Positions 52,567 to 64,000 of a DNA stretch of 64,000 nucleotides are shown in pieces. A program made the position numbers and the translations under genes. The notes under the pieces were generated by a model. The model worked only from the letters and a program-made list of their open reading frames with translations, had not been told where the DNA came from and did no database searches. Positions within the stretch are counted from its first letter, which is position 1. Each line of letters opens with the position of its first letter. Source of the stretch: the human T2T-CHM13v2.0 reference genome, Homo sapiens; NCBI RefSeq assembly GCF_009914755.1, contig NC_060927.1; one strand, given 5' to 3'.

Positions 52567-53054
52567 TGCGGAGGCCTGAATAATAACCCCCCACCGAGGA
52601 AGCCCACATTCAAATCCCCAAACCTGCGAACAGGTTATCTCATATGGCAAAATGGACTTGATGGGCATGATCAAATTAAGGATCATGAAATGGTAGGATT
52701 ATCCTGAATTATCTGGTGGGACCGGTGTAATCATAAGGGTCTTTATAAGAGTGAGGCAGGAGAGTCAGAGTCGGAGAGGGAGATGTGGAGACAGAAGCCG
52801 AGGGGGATGCAATGCTATTCTTGAAAGGAGGTCATCAATCAGGATAAATCAGGCAATGTAGACAACCTTTAGAAGCTGGAAAATGCAACATCCTAAAGCC
52901 TTCTGAGGGAACACGGCTCAGCTGATACCTTGACTTTAGTCTATAATACCTGTTTTGGACTCCTGACATTCCTGAACTATGAAATAATATATTTATGTTG
53001 TTTTAAGTCAATAAGTTTGGGTAATTTGTTATAGCAGCAATAGAAAACTACATA
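52567..53054 (+). mobile_element. MLT1D solo LTR
   Basis: GGATTATCCTGAATTATC...TAATTTGTTATAGCAGCAATAGAAAACTA; 5-bp TSD CTTAG. Confidence 0.85.
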
Positions 53055-54557
53055 CTTAGTTTAAAGTACTCGCTTAGTCTAATAAAACCATATTCAACTA
53101 TAGTCACTAATAAGACTCCTGGATGTAAAAAACTAATTTAATGATTGTCATTTGCTACAGAAATACAAGTAGGCACTTAATTTATGTATGACTAACAGGT
53201 AAGCTCATAGAAAACACCTGGATCCCTTCTTTACTAAAGGTCTGTATTTACTTTGGCTATGTAATGAGGCTTTGATTTGCTTCTCTCTTCCCAAAATCTG
53301 ACTAATTGCTGCTCTCCTTAAGAAATTGGAGGAGCCAGTATTGCTCTTCTTGTGTCACGTTCTAAGGTCAAACAGCCTTTGATCATATGTGCTTTCCTGC
53401 CAAGCCATACAAATTATAAAAACCACAAAAGTGTCGGTTTGAAGTGAGGGAGACCTGAGTATTTCCTCTTAAAAAGAGAACTTGAGAGGTTAGCCATAAA
53501 GTACACCCTGGAATAACTTCCATGCATGTGGAAAAAGGGTAGATTCTAAATTCAGTGTGGCACAATACACCACTCACACGTAGCCAAAATTTTCTTTGAT
53601 TATTTTCTAGAAAGAGTCCATGTTGAAGACTAATATACCACCTCTCAGTAGGTTTAATACAGTGAGTTTTTCTCCAAAGATGGAAATGATTGCTATTTCT
53701 TAGTGGATAGCCAAATAAAGTAGTTGGCTTATGTTTAGGTGCCATGTTTTATATAAAAAATCATCTAAAATACTTAAATCACGTTCAGTGTGGTAAGCTG
53801 TGTATACTGTGGGAGACACCTGGGAACTGAGCCAACAGAGGAAATAGATTCTCATCTTCTGCTGGTGTGTACACTCACTGGGAAAAATGGTAGACAGAAT
53901 CATCAACATTACTTAGGATGTTATTGCTTTTTCTCTTGCTTGCTGTTCTTGTTTGCTGTTCTCTTTCTCTCTGATAAGCACATGCAATCGAATTTGAAAA
54001 AAATTAAAAATTAAATGTGAACATAATGCTACTCCTTCAGAAAATTATTTTTTTCCACTCTACCCTTGAAAATCTCATTCACTATATAGCATTAGAGATA
54101 TTGTTGGTGGCAGTAGAATTCGTAGAGGTGGAAGGCTAGGAAGATGATGAAATAGACTTAGTCTGTGAGCCCCTAAGAGTTGGAACTAGTATTAGTAGGG
54201 AATTGGAGACACAGACTCAATATGTATAAGAACTTTCTTACAGTCTAAATCTTTCATAAGTAAAAATATTTTTTTCTGAAGATGATGATATTCCCAATAC
54301 CCCAGATATTCAAGCAGAGATTAGTCAACCACAATGTAAGGAATTGACTAAAGCATTGAATGAAAGATATGAGGGTCTTTTAGATCCCTTTTAAATGAAT
54401 ATTTTTCATTATGATATTTATACTGTTCCATTTCTCCAGAATATTTGGTTCTCTCTTTTTAAGACTATAAACTGGCCATAAGTAAAAATACATGTTATTA
54501 TCTTATATCTTATTCCCTAGGTAAGATTATTTGCTCGCCATAGAAATTCCAAAATTA

Positions 54558-55165
<608 letters not shown>

Positions 55166-56016
55166 CTAATACACAAGAAGGAAAGGAAGTGTGACAGGGA
55201 GGTAATCGGGGCTGTCCCTATTTCTTTCCCTTAAAGTAGGTGCCACAGCATTTTCCAGACACTGGGTTTTGTGTTTAAGAGACCGTGAAGGAGAAACCTT
55301 CTTCAAAGCCCTTGTGGGGCTGGCTGCAGTCCCCGTCTGTCAGGGTCCTGCCATGTGTAAATCATACACCCAAATACATCCAGATAGAGCCCATCCATCA
55401 CATGCTGGCTGTGATGTGGGCTGCACTGTCTGTAAATCTGGTGAAAATAATGTATTTGTGCTGTGAGATGACATCCCATAATGAGATTGTGATATTCCAT
55501 AGCATGTGATTTGCTATTTGTGACAAAGATGAATTTCACAGTGAGCACAGCTTCTGAGAAGCTGCTGGGGCTGGCAGACATGTGTAAGGTAAGGCCCCCT
55601 CTCAGGCCATCCTGTCATAACTCTTCTCTCCTGGAAATAATTTCTCAGGACTGCCAAGAATGAGTTGCCAAATAGAATTTTCTCTAAAGGGTAGCTGAGT
55701 ATTTAGGAAGGGCGAAATCTCTGAAGGGAAAGAAATGTATAGAAGACATTCATCAATATCCCTTGATTGCATTTATTGTTTGTGGTAGCAGAATCCAACA
55801 GTCTACAACTGACGTTATCTGACAGACTCCTATGCCCTCTGCACATGCAATTGATGCAAAGTAAAAACTGCCTTTATGTTCAAAATAAAATAAATCACCT
55901 AAGATGTTCAGATTCTTACTCTCAGAGTCATATATGGAGCCATTTTATACAGTTATCATTTCTAAGGGTCCTAAGTTGTATTAAGTCCTTGCTACATAGA
56001 GTGGCGGCTCCACACT

Positions 56017-56150
56017 AGCAGTATTGTTATCACCTGGGAGCTTATTAGAAATACAGACTCTTGGGGCCCTTGCCAGATCTACTAAATCAGAATCTGTATT
56101 TTAACAGAATCACCAGGTGGGTCTCATGCACATATATTTTAGGAGCACTA
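56017..56150. mobile_element. MER5A fragment
   Basis: ATCACCTGGGAGCTTATTAGAAAT...AATCAGAATCTGTATTTTAACA. Confidence 0.75.
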
Positions 56151-56788
56151 TACTAAATGATGTTTAAGATGTTCTAGTATGCTCATTAGCATGGAAAATA
56201 ATAATACTACTAATAAAACAGGAGTCATTCCAAATATATATGTGTGTATTTTTTTGCATATTACAAAACATTTTCACAATTATTACCAAATTTGAGCTTT
56301 CCTATAACCTTGTAAGGTAGGTAGGTGCCATTATCTTCATTTTACAGTTGAAGTAATTGAAGTTCATGGTGACTAATAGTTTTGCCCAAGATATATGCAG
56401 GTGAATAAGGAGTCTAAATTCAAACTCTGATCTTTTCTCCCTAAGTGCATATTTCTTTCTCATTATTGTTAGAGCATGTTCTATGAATTTGTCTGCTTTT
56501 GTCTCCAGAAGTAACAAGATTCTATAAAGCCACTCATACACTCTCAAGGTATACCCATCACAAACAAGAATAGGCATCTAAAACGATCAGCTAGACCTGT
56601 GGTTATTGTGTGTGGCTGAGTTTGTGCAGGACTTTTCTGATTCCAATGGGATCAGATTTGATCCTCGATCACGTTAGGTCTAGATTCTGAAAAGTCGGGC
56701 ACCAGCTACTTCACGATATAGCTTGATTTAGGATTGATCACACAGGTCAACTTGGTGATACCCAGACCTAGTCAAACTATGAACTTAC

Positions 56789-56837
56789 AATTCTTTTAGG
56801 GACGCTACTGATCCAGAAAAATTTCCGAGGTCAGCCA
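56789..56837 (-). other. Candidate 49-nt exon of an unidentified minus-strand transcript
   Basis: Acceptor TGTTTGCTCTATTGGTCTGTGTTTCAG and donor ATT|GTAAGT; one open frame (ADLGNFSGSVASLKE). Confidence 0.3.
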
Positions 56838-57112
56838 CTGAAACACAGACCAATAGAGCAAACATTCTGTATTATACACCTCCTCTGGCAAGAGACGTTC
56901 AAAAATGCTTTTGATGATGACAGTGGGACCTATTAGTCACTAAGTGTCATGTATAATGTAACCATTGCTCTAGGAGCTTTTATGCTTTGGCCCTGCAGTG
57001 CAGAGGGCCTTGTGACAAGTAAAGCCAGAAGTCAAGGATGCTAAGGAGACACAGGCTAAAAGAGTTCTCCAGCCTCCCTTGGAATCTAGTAACGCTGAGA
57101 AACCTGAGACTC

Positions 57113-57400
57113 TTTTTTGTGAGACAGAGTCTTGCTCTGTTGCCCAGGCTGGAGGGAAGTGGCACGATCTTGGTTCACTACACCCCACCACCTCCCGGGT
57201 TCAAGTGATTCTCCTGCCTTAGCCTCGAGTAGCTGGGACTACAGGTGTGCACCACTATGCCTGGCTAATTTCTGTATTTTGAGTAGAGATGAGGTTTCAC
57301 CATGTTGCCCAGGCTGGTCTCGACCTCCCGGGCACAAGTGATCCTCCTGCCTCGGCCTCCCAAAGTGCTGGGATCACAGGCGTGAGCCACCATGCCAGCT
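57113..57400 (-). mobile_element. AluJb
   Basis: Diverged dimer; TSD TGAGACTCTT. Confidence 0.88.
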
Positions 57401-59313
57401 AGATACTTGAGACTCTTGAAGAAACTCTTGGGTTTGTAAATACAGGGATAATAGAACTGGGAAAGATGTCTCAGAGCAGGGGTGCAAGGACAGGCTAAGT
57501 GTATCAGACATGTCTTTTGTTGCTATAGTGCATAAACAAATTTATAATACAAATATTTTTATAACAGCTTGATATACAATTTTTAGCAAAGTAGTTTTGT
57601 GTCAATGTGTACATATTTGAGAGATTTTAAGCAGAGGAATAAACTCACTGAGCCTCTCATTTAATATTTTTAATTAACATCTTTGAAAATTAATCAATTT
57701 ATTTGTAATAGGCTACACAGGCCCTAAAGAGATTTTTAAATAAAAAGGAGTTGTTGATAACACAGAACTTTTGCCTGAACTGAGGAGTGGATGTCGCAGA
57801 ATATACAAGAACAGTAATGGCAAAAATAAACTGATGCTAACTCAAAATTTAACCCCTAGTCTTAGGGATCAGTGAATCTCCCATTTAGATTTTGGAAGAT
57901 TCAGTTCCCATGTGCATAATTCATATAAGGTACTTCCTTAATTGTATACAATCTATATGGTTTTTTCTAAACATAAAGCATTCCCTTGGGGTATTGAAAT
58001 ACTAATTCTTATGCTCTACTGACTCACCATTTCTTTCCTGTAATTCTGAGATGATAAAAATCAAATTCTGACTACATTTCTATCCCTTTCTTTCTTCGTT
58101 CTCCAAAAGCCTAATCATGCGAAAACTCACAGGCACAACCTTTCTGGTTTATGGAATCACATTTTGTAATGATGTTATTTATGCCCACGTTCTTGTTAAA
58201 ACATGAAACACCGTGGCTGACTTCAGTCTCACCTGCAGACACAATGGGACAAAGTCTGTCTTCTCTCCTGGGCATGATTTTCTCTTTAGAAGCTGACTTG
58301 CCTTATGAATTTTCATCTATCATTTTCCCCATTTCCTTCTCTTAGGAGAGGAAAAGCACAATCTATGGCAAACCAGAGAGAAAAAGAAAATGCTGTGTGT
58401 TAAAAGCTTCTTTATAACGATGTTCCTTGACCAGTCCCCTGTGCGTTAGAGAAATGTCCCTGCTTGATGCGATGTATGTGCTTGTCTAGTGCAGACTTCA
58501 AAACATACTTGGTTCCTTACCATTTTATCACATGGCATCTCGGGGAAAGAGTATGGCAAAAACATTATTTAGATAAAAATAATGATGATTTTTATGATAG
58601 AAAATGGAAGAATATGGTGTTTTCATGTGGAAAAGAATTATCCAGAATTTCAGAGTAGGTTAGTACAGGTAAGAAGGTCCTATGTGAGCACCCATGCTTC
58701 AGGTTTTTCTCTGCTTTTTGGTTTATAGTTAAGACATTCCTATAAATTAGGTTCCAATATTTGCTCCACTTTAGAAATGAGAAAATGGAAGTTCAGAGAG
58801 TTTGGGTTACTTGTCCAAAGTCACTCTCCTAGTTAGCTACTAGCAGAGCTGGGATTCAAATCCAGAACGGATGATTTAAACCATTTACACTGCAGCACTA
58901 CTTACATGAAATGCTATAGTGCTTTGTAAATTATAAAGCACAAGGCAAAGCTGTTGTCTCCTTCAGGTTTATGCTGCCATTTTTTTCCTCCTGGCTTTTC
59001 CTTCATTCTGGAATGTATGCCACTGTCTAAACCTGTTGAAAACCTCCTCCTCATCTTGCAAAAGCCTGCTCTACAAAATTCCTCTTCCCCTATTCTTCCC
59101 TCATTTTCCTCATTGGTGGTAATACCTCTCAAAAAAGATGCACTAATGTATTGTTGCTAAAAGAAATCTTAAGACTACAAAAAGGCTGAATTCCTCCTTC
59201 CTGTGCCCTCTCCCAACCCCTTTCCTTGAAGTAACCACGTTACTTTTTGCTAAGCATTTACTTGAACACATATACATAGAAATACAGTTAACTCTCGAGC
59301 AACATGGGTTTGA

Positions 59314-59670
<357 letters not shown>

Positions 59671-59748
59671 AGAAGGTTTTCAATAAACATACAGTACACT
59701 TTTTTGGAGACTTTGGACAATTTGAAAAACTCACAGATGAATCTCTTA

Positions 59749-60107
<359 letters not shown>

Positions 60108-61027
60108 CTATTATAAAATGTTAAAATTTGTCAAAACTCACATAAACATTTACTTACCATGCATCGCACCACCCGCAGTCAAGAGAAATGTAAACAAGTA
60201 AAGAAGCAGTATTAAATCATAACCGCGTAAAGTTAACTGTAGTACATACTGCACTACTGTAATCATTTTGCAGACCTCTCGTGTTACGGTGTAGTGAGGA
60301 GTAGAGCAAATATCCGCTGAAAACACCCAGTGACATGGGTCTGCATGCGAGTGGTTCCTCTCTCCAGCAAATCGCATGTTGCAGTAACAAGTGATCCTTC
60401 GGGGTGGTTCTCCTGTATTTCCCGTGTGATATAGTAAACGTTGAATAACACCAAGGGACCCATATGAAGTGCCACTAGTGATGTCAGTAGTGCTTCCAAG
60501 GAGCAGAGAAAAGTCAAGACTTTAGAAGAAAAAGTCGAATTGCTTGGTAAGATTGAGGTCTGCGGCTATGGTTGCCCACCATTTCAGACTGATGATTCGG
60601 TTTGTAAACAGATATACGTATCTATAATACAGTACCTACTATAAAACTATTTCCCCTTCCTTATAATTTCATTAATAACATTTTCTTTTCTCTAGCTTAC
60701 TTTATTGTAAGGATGAAGTATATAATTCATATAACATACAAGATATGTGTTAATCAACTGTTTATGTTATCAGTAAGGCTTCCATTAGCCAGTAGACTAT
60801 TAGTCATTATGTTTATAGGGAGTCAAAAATTATACATGGCTTCTCAGCTGTGCAGGGGACAGCGCCCCTAACTCCTGCATTATTCAAAAATCAACTGTAT
60901 GTGGTTTTGTTGTTTTTTAGAAAAATGAATAATTTCTTTTTATATTATTCTGTTACATTTTTTCCCCACTTAATAGAACGTCCAGAAAATCTTTGCATCT
61001 CAGAATGCCTGAAGCTGCCTTGTTCTT

Positions 61028-61564
61028 GTTTTTTTTATTTCATTTTTTTATTATACTTTAAGTTCTGGGGTACATGTGCAGAACGTGCAGGTTTGTTACA
61101 TAGGTATACTCGTGCCATGGAGGTTTGCTGCACCCATCAACCATCATCTACATTAGGTATTTCTCCTAATGCTATCCTTCCCCTAGCCCCCTCACCCCCC
61201 AACAGGCCTTGGTGTGTGATGTTCCTCTCCCTGTGTCCATGTGTTCTCATTATTCAACTCCCACTTATGAGTTAGAACATGCGATGTTTGGTTTTCTGTT
61301 TTGTGTTAGTTTGCTGAGAATTATGGTTTCCAGCTTCATCCATGTCCCTGCAAAATACATTAATCTATCCTTTTTTATGGCTGCATAGTATTCCATGGTG
61401 TATATATGCCACATTTTCTTTATCCAGTATATCATTGATGGGCATTTGAGTTGGTTCCAAGTCTTTGCTATTGAGAACAGTGCCGCAATAAACATACGTG
61501 TGCATGTGTCTTTATAGTAGAATGATTTATAATCCTATGGGTATATACCCAGTAATAGGATTGC
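61028..61564 (-). mobile_element. 5'-truncated L1PA7/8 3' end
   Basis: TATACTTTAAGTTCTGGGGTACATGTGCAGAACGTGC; TSD TGCCTT(G/A)TT. Confidence 0.9.
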
Positions 61565-61599
61565 CTTATTGTTTTAATTGTTCACCTGGCGCTGCTTAT

Positions 61600-62250
61600 T
61601 TACACTGAGTCTTCCCTTCCTGAAATACTGCTTGTCTTTCCATTTATTCAGGTCTTTGTTTATGCATTTTCATAAGTAATATAGTTCTTGCATTTCTAGA
61701 AATTTTACAGTTTTGGTTGCTGTTGTGATTGTGATTTTTATTTTGTATTTTCTAATTGGCTTTGCTAATGTGTAGGAAAGCTATTGATCTTCAATCTAAC
61801 TACATTGCTGAACTCCTAATCTTTATACTTAAAAAAATTGATTCTTGTGGATTTTCTAGATAGGTGATCATATTAACTGAAAAAATATCTCAGCTTTTTC
61901 GCCATAATAATAGATTTGTTTGTTCCTTTATTTTGTCTTGTTACTGGATAAGATCTCTAGGATGATGTCAAATAAGAGTGGTGATTGTAGAGGGCATCTT
62001 TAACTCATTTTGTATCTAACTGGAAATGTTTCTAATGTTATTATGAAATTTACTTTAGGTTCTTGGTACAGGGCCTCTTTCTAGTATGGGAATTTTCTGT
62101 TGGCTTTTAATCAATCAGGAATAGCTGTTCAATTTTATCAAAAATTTTTTTTTCTGCACTAATTTTGGTTCCTATTGAGATTACCTTAGTTTAACTTATT
62201 TTTTTTTTGGTTAATGTAGTGAATTACATGAATGAAATTTCTGCTCATGC
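61600..62250 (-). mobile_element. Old L1ME ORF2 fragment
   Basis: TTTCCATTTATTCAGGTC...AGGAAAGCTATTGAT...AATAAGAGTGGTGA. Confidence 0.65.
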
Positions 62251-64000
62251 CATTTTGTACTCCTCTTACTGGCTTACCAGTTTTAATCTTTTAAAATGGT
62301 ACTTGTTTGCATGCCTGCCACCCTCCTCATCCCCCCAAAAAAACCCTGAAAGTTCCTTGAAAACCATGTAACTTTCATGTTGTGGATTCTCAATTAATGT
62401 TGATTGATACATCTTTATAAAAATTTACATTTATTATGTCAGCTGAGTAATACTGCAGCCATGCAGTTAGATATTATTCTTAAGTTTTAAATATTATAAA
62501 CTGAAGTTTGGCTTTGAGGACTCAAACCAGGTTAGAGCGAGGGCTAGGTCCAGAGCTAGGTCTCAAATTTAAGTTCTGTTACTTAAGGGCAAATGCTCTT
62601 TTTGCTGATTCATGGATAAAAATGTTCTTAGATCTGTGGCATTCATCATCAGAGGCAGTGTTCACATTTTCCACATTTGTTGGAGACCCTGGGCAGCTCC
62701 GAAATGGTGTTCTCACTACCTGAATGGTAGTGAATGATGCTTCCTAACTGAAGGGGAAAGGATTGATCTGGTGATCGTTTTCATATTAGGCCCCATTATT
62801 GACCAATACTCAACCAGCCCGATTCAAGTGCTGTTATAAATACATACAGCAAAATGAGTTTCATTAAAAGACTCTTGATGCTCCTTACAGGGGCCTGATA
62901 CTGAATCCCAGGCAATTATCAAAACTTGACTTCTTTTAGAATCACAGAAGGTCAAAGTTGGCAGGGCCCTTAGAGCTAATCCGTGCCACCATCCTTGAGC
63001 CCTCCTCACCCCCCACTTTTAATAGATGGGTAAAATGAGATTCAGGGGAAAAAATGACTTTCGCAAGTCATGTTATGCATTACCAAATATCTCAGGAGGT
63101 CTAGAACTACCTTATTTTAATATGGTTTAATTATTTGTTTGCTCTCACAGACAAAAGAAAGGGTTAGCTGTGTAATCTTTGCTCCTTACTCTGAGATAGC
63201 AGGGCACTTAAGTGGATGTTGGGCAAAAATCAGATCCATTTTAAAACAAATTTGGAAATGAAAATGGTGGCAGTGGTAACTGTCAATTGCATGGGCTTCA
63301 GGGGAAGTTTTGTAGACCTAGATACTTTCCCAGCTCCTACCAGGGAGGCGATGATCATAGAGATTGAATCCCAAGTGGAGTCCTGGTCTTTTTCTTAGTG
63401 AAACCAGATCTGATATGCTGTTGATTTTGGATTCACAGCCTTTTGTCACCATGTAAATAATAATTCCTTAAATTAAAAAATCTTCTTTTATTGTCCCAAC
63501 ATGTGATAAAACAATAAGTATCAATTGGACTGTACTTCATAGCGGACACGTTTCATCACAGCACCAGCATTATTGTATTATCCTCACTGTCAAGACGGAA
63601 AGCAAAACCAAGTCTAGGGAACACTTTGGTTCCCCAAGTAGAGTACTGGAAAGCAATTTTTTTTAAAAGGTGGTTAAAATGACTTGCCACAAGCCTATTT
63701 AGTTTCACTAGACACACTGCAAAGATATTTAGTTAGATGTAGTCTCTGTTCTCTGAAACTTTAGTTTTGCAATATATCCAGAAGATTGTCATATTGCCAT
63801 AAGAAGTAACAGGAAATAATATATTTTAACAAACTCAAACATTATGTTAATAAACATACATATAAATAAATAAGGCTTTTAAAAATGGTGAGGTATAGGG
63901 TGTTTTGGGTGTGTGTGTGGTGGAATAGGTTATGAAACATCACAAATTTTGATGTGAAATAATAAGTAGAATATATTCCCTCCAGAAAACCTCACCACCC

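Overview
Repeat-dense primate DNA, almost certainly human because it carries an AluYa5. It is intronic or intergenic: no protein-coding gene can be confidently called, and most ORFs in the track are Alu, L1, HERV-H or simple-repeat by-products. The centrepiece is a 5.75-kb two-LTR HERV-H/LTR7 provirus (19534-25279, +, perfect GTTTT TSD) inside a nested stack. An old L2 hosts an L1PA15/16, which hosts both the HERV-H and an L1PB1, and the L1PB1 hosts an AluSc. Other elements are solo LTRs (MER41C-like, MLT2A2, MLT1D, LTR33, MLT1J-like), a Tigger3b, MER5/MER91 MITEs, about 22 Alu insertions, a tailless 31-nt U6 retrocopy and an AT-rich 34-bp minisatellite. Most interesting observations: (1) double CpG decay in the 5' LTR alone creates a first-in-transcript ATG that opens an intact 194-codon ESRG-like ORF, or a 117-aa spliced form with a hydrophobic segment; (2) two back-to-back perfect hairpins at 39630-39712; (3) an ancient L2 fragment inside a younger L1MA; (4) a CpG-retaining, GC-shifted patch across unrelated repeats at 59.3-60.9 kb; (5) candidate minus-strand small exons, together with a plus-strand bias of LTRs. 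Subfamily names come from recalled consensus sequences, and the boundaries of old repeats are approximate.
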